A DNA stretch of 64,000 nt from a virus. Taxonomy: Duplodnaviria; Caudoviricetes. Below the pieces are notes generated by a model. The model was not told the DNA's origin and ran no database searches. It saw nothing but the letters and a program-made list of their open reading frames with translations. The translations under genes were made by a program, and so were the position numbers. The stretch spans positions 32,001 through 96,000 of the IMG/VR virus record IMGVR_UViG_3300033074_000806; one strand, 5' to 3'. Shown one piece after another: positions 50,101-59,682 of this stretch (positions are counted from its first letter, which is position 1; every line of letters begins with the position of its first letter).

Positions 50101-52216
50101 TAAAATAGGCATCCCATACTTTATGCCTGATGAGCATATTAAGCCAGGGCATAAAACACAAACAACTGGATCAACCCCTGCATATCCATTAGGCATGCCT
50201 GGTTACGATCCATTCGCAAATAGCTATTATCTTGCTAGTTCCTTCGCTGCAAATCTATATCCATTAGATAATCCAGGACCTTATACTAACTGGGATCATG
50301 GAAATAACCGCAATCATCTTTTATTTTATGGTAGCAATGTATCTAAAGATACTAACAACCCATATAAAACTGGACTAGGCTCTACCAGATTTGGTAGTGG
50401 ATCATACGCAGTTAGCCCATATAGCTCAAGTTTGGAACGAGTAATAAATGACAGTTCTTTATGGCCAGGATTAAGTCTACCATATCCTATCCCTTCTGTA
50501 GTTTCAGAAATGAAAGGCAGAATATATTTCGGCTCCTGGATATACCCAAGAACAACTGGCGAATTTATAACTATCTACAACGATCCAACTAATAGATCAG
50601 GAAATAAGATCGCGGCATCTATAACGGATGCTAATACTATAAGGTTAATTAATTATAACTCAACAGGTCTTGCAACAGCAACTATTACCCATGTTCCTAT
50701 TGAATCAAATGGCGATTCTATAAACTTATTAAATCGCTGGACTCATTTAGGTTTCTTTTATCAGTGGAGAGCTTTTACTGGTTCTGGTGTATATAGTGCC
50801 CACATCGCTATGGACGGCGAAATAGCTGCTGCTGTTGGCGATACAATTGGAACTGGCGTTGGATTTTTATATAGCGGTAATAGTGCAATCTATTATGGAT
50901 ATAACTCTGATGTTAATATGTGTGATGCTTACACATTAGTAGATCCATATAATGAACAAGAATTAATACTGTTTAATATTATTCCTATTGTCAATTATGC
51001 TGCCTTAGCAAGCACTGGAGACAAGGGCGGATTATTCTCAAAGCTATATATAAATGATACACCATTCACTGGACTAACCGGAATAGCAAACTCACATAAG
51101 ATAAATGGATTTGATTCTTATAGCATCATAGTAAATAGTAATCAAATAATTGACGATGACGATGATCTAAATATTTGGGTTGGAACTAATAATAACCAAG
51201 CAGAAGAAGTTCCAAATGTTGCAGGATTTGCACTATACAATAGTGTTCCATTTAAGTTTGCTGATAGCTATATAATGTCTTATGATGATACTCAGGTAAA
51301 CGCAAGCTTTGGAGCCACTGATTCTCCTATTAAAATTGGTAATGTCGTTCCAGAACATGCAATTAATATAGCCAGATTTGATTCGCCAGAATACTCTACA
51401 GCGGCGTCAATTTCTACTGTCGACCTATCTGATAAAAATCCCGGCAATCTTCTTGCCTATCGCGGTGGGAAATTTACACTAAATAAAACTAATCAACATC
51501 TTACTGGAACTGTAGCTTCAGGTCTATTTAAAGGAATTAACTCCGATAGATATTCTGGCCAGATAGATGTGGTATATACTAAGCAGTCAGATACTAATAA
51601 CATTAGACTTACTAGTCTAAGCGTTGCTAGCAAGGAAGGCCCCTGCGCCGAAGCTTTTTATGCTTACCTAGTTGGTAGAGGATTATACGGAGTTCAAATA
51701 CCAGACTATATGGCAAATCTGTCTGGAGTTATAACTGCAACACTATCAGGTTCTAGAGTGTCTAATTATGTTTACAATCTAGAAAATATTAAAAAATCGA
51801 TATATGTCACAGACAATAAAGGAAAGACCGGAAGCTTATTGTGGGATGTAGTCTATAGTCCTTATAGTCCATCTGGATTAGACTTCGCCATTGCAAGTGG
51901 AATAAATATTGCTACTGATGGAATAGGGCCGACTACACATCAAACTACTTTACCTAGCGGTATCTATTCAGTAATATTGATCGTTAATGAAATACCTAAA
52001 GAAACTATGTGGATTCAATATAGCTCTTATAGATATAGTGACGGCTCGGTAGGACCCAAAAAAGAAATAATTAATCCAATCCCTGTAATGAGAGAACATA
52101 GAGCATTTGAAGCTGCGCTTGGCGGCCAATATAGTGTAACACCTAGTAGCGATGGTAAAGGATATGCTGTAACTATACATGGAGTTTATAGTGGTTATAG
52201 TGGAGCTTTTGCATAA
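47147..52216 (+). CDS. large lectin-rich virion protein with LamG/ConA-like and CBM-like domains (1689 aa)
   Basis: KIPLGYWSHLGF...YLAIDG and FGSWIYP...LLNRWTHLGF...IAMDG are LamG patterns. NFIPDPTFD...FIIDNLSL is CBM-like. Extremely TG/SG-rich. Confidence 0.6.
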   Translation: MTFYPDKGLQAVEHFLDASGISGSNTGLQSVVNGFVALLPQIERSVSYFNQWAAISGWTINNGLSNLTTLRTDFTVTGGYVNNLILTGITGYQRSTFGGGSWEVYTPECSGSGIGITGATYQYFALWSGSPNTKFFSGNEPTNYPFTFEFDVASTYITSSSIVGYTSGQNTLTGLPKLSGSINHGIYISNGTNWDYLECRPDGIRSINHPELSIGVGLSQPKRFRVGIESNNLYILCENGRSVAGISKFDTPVYTGFADRPILAFGAPPHTGYNLFSFTGIYGIVGHTYWDNIKVLTGKLALELPTGLERIYTTTQQSLRTSPFSPGLAISKWQDAVIQYDYYPGGTTIVTPEYLFSGVYITATSLAKTLTSSGVTARIDLSTIPISNSINLLTGTYNLDQPIAAYNTIRFKIDQVSTNGSAQAPIVDAITVTARKEGGFLDAIPNWAPKNKNTSVLLKIKSEEFLNTVPDVDAYSTFYYRAPVSTGLIYGSFTDLSIFSITGNIRGTGELYNYGPWNAAFQNYSYLSGYYLSGTSGSKLFGIKEVYNFIPDPTFDKGFKSVSALPTYVSSGLSGKVFGEIGQYLFLPSAYTGDAIMTFEKLKVIRPYRQESDNIDYAQKVTIQNTTGIYNTNAGLTIWIPSGIYYTNPVAPQGYVFSMDLRILNGSGVYLTGDNFSSSSIYLDPTHYSDYRRASIILPTGIATTNSYLKLYAATGYSGKYEFIIDNLSLRPFITARIEATGVPSLYHTVGSSNLLLFPEVFSRGKDLAQRAATVVGMDLYLDSYPTGSNILFRKLRTADSKGVTLSINNDGYPIASFDIAQRSWYTGSITGIFGIITGGNFAINDNTDYIKNYTITGASKIPLGYWSHLGFIHESWNHSNYGIRNVTGHHILPNQASCNRAYLAIDGLPVATTDTCEFWRSYVSTGALGTGYDAYKDATPFSTMVADGTGNIVIASGLFCKLDNVFISRPPVADLESEIYIKTAKIGIPYFMPDEHIKPGHKTQTTGSTPAYPLGMPGYDPFANSYYLASSFAANLYPLDNPGPYTNWDHGNNRNHLLFYGSNVSKDTNNPYKTGLGSTRFGSGSYAVSPYSSSLERVINDSSLWPGLSLPYPIPSVVSEMKGRIYFGSWIYPRTTGEFITIYNDPTNRSGNKIAASITDANTIRLINYNSTGLATATITHVPIESNGDSINLLNRWTHLGFFYQWRAFTGSGVYSAHIAMDGEIAAAVGDTIGTGVGFLYSGNSAIYYGYNSDVNMCDAYTLVDPYNEQELILFNIIPIVNYAALASTGDKGGLFSKLYINDTPFTGLTGIANSHKINGFDSYSIIVNSNQIIDDDDDLNIWVGTNNNQAEEVPNVAGFALYNSVPFKFADSYIMSYDDTQVNASFGATDSPIKIGNVVPEHAINIARFDSPEYSTAASISTVDLSDKNPGNLLAYRGGKFTLNKTNQHLTGTVASGLFKGINSDRYSGQIDVVYTKQSDTNNIRLTSLSVASKEGPCAEAFYAYLVGRGLYGVQIPDYMANLSGVITATLSGSRVSNYVYNLENIKKSIYVTDNKGKTGSLLWDVVYSPYSPSGLDFAIASGINIATDGIGPTTHQTTLPSGIYSVILIVNEIPKETMWIQYSSYRYSDGSVGPKKEIINPIPVMREHRAFEAALGGQYSVTPSSDGKGYAVTIHGVYSGYSGAFA

Positions 52217-55200
52217 TGAATATTAATAACATAGATTTTATAAGACAGGTCTTACACTCAAGAATAACAAGACCTCAAATGACATTGGCAATCTATCCTG
52301 ATATTCAGTCAGGTAGCACTAAGCCCCAGGTTAGCATCTCTTCAACTACTATTACAGTAAAGTATGGATCAACACAAGAGCAGGTCTTGTTTGTTGGTAA
52401 AAGCGTAGAACAAGTAGCCGCAGATATCAATAGAACATCTGTGCCAGTTAAGTGTGTAGCATTATCTAATAGTCTATCTTTAAGCTCAGGAGACTTTATT
52501 CAGACTAGTGGATTCCTAACTATCCCAGATGGCTTTAATGTCTACGATAGACTAACTGATAATGGAGTCGCAATTAGATCCACAAAGTGGACTGTCAAAT
52601 ATAATGACACGGCTAAAATAAAATTACTGCCGCCATATAACGATAGTTATACCTTGCCATGGTATCCGCGCATAAGCGTAGGAGCATTTAGTCAGGACTA
52701 CAGAGGTAGAAAGTTTAATTTCTATATTCCAGAGTATAACCTCCAAACTTGGTCGACTTTATATGGCATGCCATTTAAAGATCTTAAGTCTGCTTCAGTA
52801 TCTGTTAAGGACACAAACCTATTACAGCTGCCACGATATCCAATACATTGGAATGGTGATAATTTAATATTCTATAATGATGGTTCCCCACTATCAAATT
52901 TTATTATAGAAGATATAGATATTAACAATGGTCTAGTTTATATAAAGCCAGGCTCATTTCCAAATGGAAACATTACTGTTGATTATACCTATCTAGAAAA
53001 TAACTTTATATATCCATACCTAAATATAAATGCGCACTTTAATCAAAACCCAAACCTAATAGATAAGTTTGTAGTTTTCTATTTACTACCTGCTGAAGGA
53101 ACTATAGCAGTAAAAAATAACAGAACAGTCTATCATAAAATTGCTGACAACCTCCAAGAAGCTATTGACTCTATAGAAATAGAGAACGCTGATATTCCAA
53201 TAGCTATTATTGGAGCATATTCTATACAGCAAGTTTTATCGTCTGATAGAATTACTATTCTAGATACTAGAGTATTGGGTGGTGGATTAGTTGGAGAAGA
53301 TCTAAAGAGCCCCGTTCATATAGTAGATACTGTATTTACTCTTAACAATGATTCTAAAACTAAACCAATTGAACAGACATATGACGATGCAAAATCATTC
53401 TGGGATATTGGAAACTACGATGGAGAGCCGTATCCTGGCGCAGCATCTGTAGTCATAAAAGTTCCGGATTATCTTAAAGATGAATACCCTCTATCCACTA
53501 TAAAAGCTAAGGTATCTAAATTTCTCTCAGCTGGTGTATATCCAATAATTGACTACTATACAGAGTATACTGGTTATGTAAATGGATTCTCAGACAACAT
53601 ATCTTTATTAGACAATCCAAACTTTAGTGGTAATTTTTCTGGTATCTATGGATCTTATTGGATCCCGTCTAATAGAACCATCCCAAGTGGAACTGTTCTG
53701 ACTTATTGGAAAGAACCAATACAGAGTAATGTTATCGTTAAAAGCTTAGATAATACTTTCTATTTAGAATCTACGCCACATACTGGATACTACCAAACAT
53801 ATTTAAAGTCTTCTCCAAAGGCTATCATAAGCTGGGAAGAGCGGTCGATACTAGCGACTGGCGATAAGTTTTCAGATTGGAAAACTGTTAGAAAGATTGA
53901 CGATAGAGAAGTAACTCCAGGACACTTAGTCAAGGGATATCTAGGATTATACTCTCCCTACGAACATAAACAATACCGCGATGTATCAATTTTTTCACCC
54001 TATATTCTAAAAGACACTTCTATATTTAAAGCAGAACTAGAACAAGAGTTGCTAAGTATAATGTCTGGTGTTGTTGCTCTTGCAGGTCCTTCTGGGGAAC
54101 GACCCTTAGTTGGAACTGTAACTAATATTGTTAATAATTGGACTGGTGTTGCAGATGGCTATTATGGTATGCCTGAACAGTATATACCAGTATTGAAGTT
54201 AGCAGTAGAAAGTCCAGAGCTAATGACTACTGGCATTGCTTCTTTTGTAAACAATATTGTTTCTGGTTATTCATCTGGATATGATTCATCTTATATTTCT
54301 AAATACTATGACCCAAGTGCTGGATCGTATTCTCAGATATCAATTAATAATCCATTTACAGTAACGCCACACTTAACTAATTTAGCCTACTGCTTAAACT
54401 ATGCCAAAGCTAATTTAACTGGGCTATACCCAACCTTATATGCTGATGTCAAAAATATCTTAACCAAGCTATATGGGGTTAATATTGGTCAAACTTATAT
54501 ATCCCCTGAGTATTATTTAGATGGTAGTATAGATCCGGCGCAATTTGCAAGGTATCCATTAAATGTTCCGGCCTATATAGATGTAAATCCAGTATTTGAA
54601 GATCATCGTATTACAGAATTGTTACCAAGTATAGTCTTATCTATAAAGGGATTTCCTGTATATAACACAGCTACATTAACGGGCTATACTGGGTTAATGC
54701 ATTTGGTAACTGATACTATTAACACCGCAGTTGCAAGATTACCTAGCTCAATCTACAGTCAAAAATATAATAGCGGCGATGCAGTAGCTAATTCTTGGTA
54801 TGCTCCTTTTGATCGATACGGAGAATACCTTGGAACATTATCCACTGATATCATCAAGACCTATGAGAACCTATTTAGTATCTATAAGGAAAATACTAAA
54901 GAGCCTGGCTTTACTGGGTTCTCAATCAATTATTTGATAGGATATCTTAATGGGCTTAAGACAGTATTGGATCATGGCTACTCAGGCTTTTTTGAAACTA
55001 TATCTAGAGGTGGTATTCTAGATAAGAAAGTATCAAAATTATTATATGCATATGGGTGGTATGCCCATCAGGCTCTAGACGCTGAAGGGGCAATTGATAG
55101 CATCGCAAATAAGTTATTATCCGCTGACTACTCAGGATACCATACTCTCTTTATTGAAGGAATAAGACTATATACAAAGTCTATCATAAGAGAAGATGGT

Positions 55201-56961
55201 GCCATAGCTGAAATAGATACTGTAGATCAAGATCATTTACCTGTAGAAGGAACACCTCCTTTAGAAATTTTTGATAGTTTAAAGCTAAATTATCAGAAAG
55301 AAAATGAACTTGGACTGCTGCAGGGTGTATTTACTAACACAACTGGCCAGTGGAGTTATAATGGATACTACCCTGACTCAACATTAGATAGTAATCTTTC
55401 TGGAAACTTTGGACCACACCTAGCATCAAAGTTTATAGATATGCGAAAACCATTTACTGGATACGCCATTGATGAGTGGGAGCCTGTATACCAGGACTAT
55501 AGTAACGTTAGAGGAATTAACTTTACTCCTGTGTATACTGAGTATCTATATTTGACTCCAGAAAATCCATTCTCTGGAGCAGCCAATACTACTTCCCAGT
55601 GGCGATTCTTTAGAACAGGAAGCACTGATACCCAGCTTGGGTATTTACGTGGTATGGGATTTAATTCAATTAGACTTTTCTGTGGTCTTCATATGTATGA
55701 ATACCATAGGCTTCTAGGTCTAACAGGCGATTCAAATCCGTTCATACAAAATTACAAACAATTTTTAACACTAGCGCAAAATAACCATATCAAAGTTATG
55801 CCGGTGCTATTCGATGGCACGGCCCTATGCACGAATCCAACAGGAGAGCCATATAACTTCCTGTATAATTGGGTATCCATGCCGCATTCAAGCTATAGAA
55901 CAACAGCTTGGTATACAGGAACTGGTCAATACTACGTTAGAGATGTAGTAGTAGCCAGCACTGGATTTAGAAACATACTAATGTTTGACGTAGCAAATGA
56001 AATGGATCCGGTAGCGGCGTCTGGATTAATAAGATCTACAATAGATGGTATCAAAACAATAACTCCAGATATACCAGTAACTGTAGGATATGCTGCATCA
56101 GTCCATAGACCTGGTAGTTTCTTTACAAACTGGTCGCTATCTTATTCTGGACTAGACGTAGTTTCATACCATCCGTATGGAGTCTTTAAGGAAGTTTTTG
56201 ATTCTTTTACTGATCTTGCTAAAGAATCGGCTAATGGAAAACCACTTATAATCTCTGAGTTTGGTGGTCCTACTAATGCACAGCTTCCACAGGACGTATG
56301 TTTATATGCCATAGCAACTGGTGTTGGCTACATGTTTTATAACAACGTTGTTGCGCCTCCCCACTTTAATCAGATTCTAAACAACTTAGGTGGGGTTATA
56401 TTCTATGATGGCGAGATAATGAACACCAAGACAGTAGAAGAAATTCAGTCTCATGCTAGAAGACAGCGAGCACCTACTGGTTCCTTTAGACAGTATGTTC
56501 AGAAATCAAATCTAGAACCTTACGGTTTTAGTCCATTCCTGCCTACCTATTCTGGCCGAGACTTTGTTTCTTTCTTTGCCACTTGGCATGAACAGCCATT
56601 GTTTGTAGACACTCCAGATTCACAGAAGGGTAGATTATACTTATTTAAAAAGCACCATCTGAATACTTGCTTAACTGATCTTAACTTCTTAGTCGATGGT
56701 ATATATGGATTTACTGGCGCCTATGCTAGAAACTATTTTACATCTGGTGAAGAGGTAACTATAACTGGAACGTTAGCAACGTTTGCTTTAAGAGACTTAC
56801 TTGGCGTCAGTGGAATTTCATCTTCAACGCCAGCGTGGCTGTATGATACAGACTATACTCCCTATACTGTTATAGATTGGGGCGCATATGATTCTTTATT
56901 CTCAGGCATGGCAGATACTCTTTATGGTTTTATAACTGGTAAAAATTTCACATATATCTAA
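52216..56961 (+). CDS. baseplate protein with C-terminal clan GH-A (GH5-like) glycoside hydrolase (1581 aa)
   Basis: RGINF, LRGMGFNSIRLF, IKVMPVLFD, ILMFDVANE (acid/base E1262), PVTVG, LDVVSYHPY, KPLIISEFG (nucleophile E1348). N-terminal structural blocks ILDTRVLGGGL and FWDIGNYDGEPYPG. Confidence 0.8.
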   Translation: MNINNIDFIRQVLHSRITRPQMTLAIYPDIQSGSTKPQVSISSTTITVKYGSTQEQVLFVGKSVEQVAADINRTSVPVKCVALSNSLSLSSGDFIQTSGFLTIPDGFNVYDRLTDNGVAIRSTKWTVKYNDTAKIKLLPPYNDSYTLPWYPRISVGAFSQDYRGRKFNFYIPEYNLQTWSTLYGMPFKDLKSASVSVKDTNLLQLPRYPIHWNGDNLIFYNDGSPLSNFIIEDIDINNGLVYIKPGSFPNGNITVDYTYLENNFIYPYLNINAHFNQNPNLIDKFVVFYLLPAEGTIAVKNNRTVYHKIADNLQEAIDSIEIENADIPIAIIGAYSIQQVLSSDRITILDTRVLGGGLVGEDLKSPVHIVDTVFTLNNDSKTKPIEQTYDDAKSFWDIGNYDGEPYPGAASVVIKVPDYLKDEYPLSTIKAKVSKFLSAGVYPIIDYYTEYTGYVNGFSDNISLLDNPNFSGNFSGIYGSYWIPSNRTIPSGTVLTYWKEPIQSNVIVKSLDNTFYLESTPHTGYYQTYLKSSPKAIISWEERSILATGDKFSDWKTVRKIDDREVTPGHLVKGYLGLYSPYEHKQYRDVSIFSPYILKDTSIFKAELEQELLSIMSGVVALAGPSGERPLVGTVTNIVNNWTGVADGYYGMPEQYIPVLKLAVESPELMTTGIASFVNNIVSGYSSGYDSSYISKYYDPSAGSYSQISINNPFTVTPHLTNLAYCLNYAKANLTGLYPTLYADVKNILTKLYGVNIGQTYISPEYYLDGSIDPAQFARYPLNVPAYIDVNPVFEDHRITELLPSIVLSIKGFPVYNTATLTGYTGLMHLVTDTINTAVARLPSSIYSQKYNSGDAVANSWYAPFDRYGEYLGTLSTDIIKTYENLFSIYKENTKEPGFTGFSINYLIGYLNGLKTVLDHGYSGFFETISRGGILDKKVSKLLYAYGWYAHQALDAEGAIDSIANKLLSADYSGYHTLFIEGIRLYTKSIIREDGAIAEIDTVDQDHLPVEGTPPLEIFDSLKLNYQKENELGLLQGVFTNTTGQWSYNGYYPDSTLDSNLSGNFGPHLASKFIDMRKPFTGYAIDEWEPVYQDYSNVRGINFTPVYTEYLYLTPENPFSGAANTTSQWRFFRTGSTDTQLGYLRGMGFNSIRLFCGLHMYEYHRLLGLTGDSNPFIQNYKQFLTLAQNNHIKVMPVLFDGTALCTNPTGEPYNFLYNWVSMPHSSYRTTAWYTGTGQYYVRDVVVASTGFRNILMFDVANEMDPVAASGLIRSTIDGIKTITPDIPVTVGYAASVHRPGSFFTNWSLSYSGLDVVSYHPYGVFKEVFDSFTDLAKESANGKPLIISEFGGPTNAQLPQDVCLYAIATGVGYMFYNNVVAPPHFNQILNNLGGVIFYDGEIMNTKTVEEIQSHARRQRAPTGSFRQYVQKSNLEPYGFSPFLPTYSGRDFVSFFATWHEQPLFVDTPDSQKGRLYLFKKHHLNTCLTDLNFLVDGIYGFTGAYARNYFTSGEEVTITGTLATFALRDLLGVSGISSSTPAWLYDTDYTPYTVIDWGAYDSLFSGMADTLYGFITGKNFTYI

Positions 56962-59681
56962 TGGCTCTACTGGATAAGATAATACAGGTTCTTCCTCAAG
57001 CTCAAAGATTAGCTATTAGATCGCTATTAGCTTCTAAGAAGAAAGCTGCTGAAATTAGAACGGCTAGAGAAGAGTTAGCTGCGGCAGAAGCACTATATAA
57101 AAATCTTCAAAACAAGTTAGGCGGTCAATTATTTGACGCTCCACGTTATGCGATAACTGATAATAAAATTTCATCTATCGACCATAACAAAAACATGGAG
57201 GAAATCTATATTGACCTAAATGCTATCTATAGTCAGATAGATGCTATAGGAAAATCTGAATCAGCAAAAGCCACTGCTTTACAAAGTGACTATTATAAGT
57301 CGCGCGCTTCTATCGAAAAATTGATAAACGATGCAAGAACCTTTGCACTTCGTAAGAAGTATAATAAGTTTACTGAAATAAACATAATTGATTTTAACTC
57401 GGCTAGGAATGTGACAGCACAAGTTCCTAAGGCAATTATCGATGATAACACTAGGCTTTTGGAACTAATACCGCTAAGCTCTGTTACAGCCCATTTACCA
57501 AATCGGGGTGTCAGAATCACGCGCGTATACACGAAAACTATAAGCCCTGGCCTTAAAGCGAACCTGTCTGTGGAGTTCCCTCCTGAGGGAATGATAGATC
57601 AAAAGCCAGAAACTTTTTGGCTGACATCAATATTATCTGATGTCCCTGTCTATCAAAAATTTGATTCATTAAATATCTACGGACCTATAGTCGAAGTTTA
57701 TCTTTCCTATAGTCATGTGGAGATCTTGAATGTTATACGCCTACTACCATTTGGTGAGTTTCCAATCAAGCTACTAAAGCTTTCGTATAAGCCAAATCCT
57801 TCTTCTGAAGTTTATTATGACATCCCTTTTATTTCTGAGGAAGCTACACTGGATTGGATTGAGGTAAACTTTGCTCCAATCTATGCGTCCGAAATAAGAA
57901 TAACAATAGCCCAAGAAAATCCAAAACAAGTTATATATCATCTACCAAAAGCATTGGTTAATAATACTGATGTCTTTAATTACATTGTCAGAGAACAAAC
58001 AGATAAGAATTTCAAAAGTCAATTTTTTGATTCAGATCTTGCCAATGAATTAAGAAGAGCGACTAGTGCATATGATTCTGCCATAAAAGATTTAGAGGCA
58101 ATAATCGGCGCAGCTAGTTTAGAAAAGTCTAGGTATAACGAGATCGAACTAAACAACGACCTATTAGCTTCTTTAAGTTTGGTGTTCGATCAATATGATC
58201 CAGAACAACTTAAATTACTTGAACTATATAACTCAGAAAAAGCTACAGACAAGGTAATTGAAATTAAAAAATATGAGTATATTCTTGGCGTCCGTGAGCT
58301 AGAAACTAGCTATGAAATTTATGCGCCTACTTGCTATTTTGAATCAGATGAATATCTTCCACAAGCTACCCTATCTGAAGTTCAATTAGAGGTTGACGAG
58401 CGGCACCTAGAATTAAAAAATCCATGGGGAACTTATTATCCTACGTCTACTGAATGGTCTATTGACATTGGAGAAGGTAGAGTAATACCAATACATCCTA
58501 TTAACAAGACTGGTGAGTTTGGCTATCCAGCTGCTATTGATGAGCGTTTAGAAATTGATAGAAACACAAGCATAGGATTTACTAGACTTGGCTGTAGTAA
58601 AGGCAATGTCTTAAATCTTAAAAAGAATGGAACCCCAATTCCATTCACTGGATATACTCAAGAACGTCAGACACAGGGCACTCCTAGAATTAAAGTTACT
58701 TTAGCTGATGGATTTTTTGACGAGAATAGCATCTATACTGTTGACTATGAAGTAGTTTTGGATAGCTATAATATTGATATTCTAAGTAATTTTGAAGCTA
58801 GATCATTAACTACGCCAGAAACATATGACACTCTTGGGCCAGACAACGATATAATTCTTAAAAGATATCCCTACGTTGAGTATGAAATTGTCAATAGAAC
58901 TGGCCAGTTCACTAATGAAACTGGTATAGCTAAGTGGACATATATACCGCCTACTGGTAATTTATTTACTGGGCATATAAAAGTTTATCCAACCATCCTA
59001 ACAAACATTGGCGAAACTATTTATACTGGAAGTATAACTGGATATACTCAAAGTGGATCATGGGGAGCTAGATCTGGTCAGCCATTTTTGAATTTAACTA
59101 ACCTTAATAACGCGTTCTTTAATGATCCGTTTGGTTATTATACACAGATACAAGATGTAAAAAGAAGCTTCCAGCTTAGTGGAACTTTCTCCGCTAGTGG
59201 ATTTACTTTGTATGAGCCTGTTGAGTTTACAATAAATGAGATTCTACAGATGCCAGAGGCCGCGCTTACTGGAATGTATTTAACTAATCTATCTGCTCCT
59301 AGCGGATTCTTATTGGCAGAGTATTCACTTGGTGTTGGAATAAATATAAGGAATAACATATTTGCTTTTGATAACGCTACTTATGAACCAATAAGAGTTA
59401 CAGTTGGCGGCAAGGAAGCAAAAAATATAACAGACTATAAGACCTTACAACATCCAGCATTTTCTATTGCTACAAATCAAGACAACCAGTATCAATATAT
59501 TCATGCGGGAAGAAGACTGTATTTCAATCAGCCAATTAATAGTGAAATAAAAATAGACTATGATTGGTTAACTGAGTATATAAAAGTTCTTGGTGTGCTG
59601 CGTTGCAATACTGCAATTAATCCTAACTATACACCAAAAGTTAATGGTATCAAAATTTTAATGAATACTTCAACTATATAA
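56961..59681 (+). CDS. virion structural protein, paralog A (helical N-terminus plus discoidin/galactose-binding-like domain)
   Basis: HNKNMEEIYIDLNAIY helix, MIDQKPETFW and YEYILGVRELE. These motifs are shared with the downstream ORFs. Confidence 0.55.
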   Translation: MALLDKIIQVLPQAQRLAIRSLLASKKKAAEIRTAREELAAAEALYKNLQNKLGGQLFDAPRYAITDNKISSIDHNKNMEEIYIDLNAIYSQIDAIGKSESAKATALQSDYYKSRASIEKLINDARTFALRKKYNKFTEINIIDFNSARNVTAQVPKAIIDDNTRLLELIPLSSVTAHLPNRGVRITRVYTKTISPGLKANLSVEFPPEGMIDQKPETFWLTSILSDVPVYQKFDSLNIYGPIVEVYLSYSHVEILNVIRLLPFGEFPIKLLKLSYKPNPSSEVYYDIPFISEEATLDWIEVNFAPIYASEIRITIAQENPKQVIYHLPKALVNNTDVFNYIVREQTDKNFKSQFFDSDLANELRRATSAYDSAIKDLEAIIGAASLEKSRYNEIELNNDLLASLSLVFDQYDPEQLKLLELYNSEKATDKVIEIKKYEYILGVRELETSYEIYAPTCYFESDEYLPQATLSEVQLEVDERHLELKNPWGTYYPTSTEWSIDIGEGRVIPIHPINKTGEFGYPAAIDERLEIDRNTSIGFTRLGCSKGNVLNLKKNGTPIPFTGYTQERQTQGTPRIKVTLADGFFDENSIYTVDYEVVLDSYNIDILSNFEARSLTTPETYDTLGPDNDIILKRYPYVEYEIVNRTGQFTNETGIAKWTYIPPTGNLFTGHIKVYPTILTNIGETIYTGSITGYTQSGSWGARSGQPFLNLTNLNNAFFNDPFGYYTQIQDVKRSFQLSGTFSASGFTLYEPVEFTINEILQMPEAALTGMYLTNLSAPSGFLLAEYSLGVGINIRNNIFAFDNATYEPIRVTVGGKEAKNITDYKTLQHPAFSIATNQDNQYQYIHAGRRLYFNQPINSEIKIDYDWLTEYIKVLGVLRCNTAINPNYTPKVNGIKILMNTSTI

Positions 59682-59682
59682 A

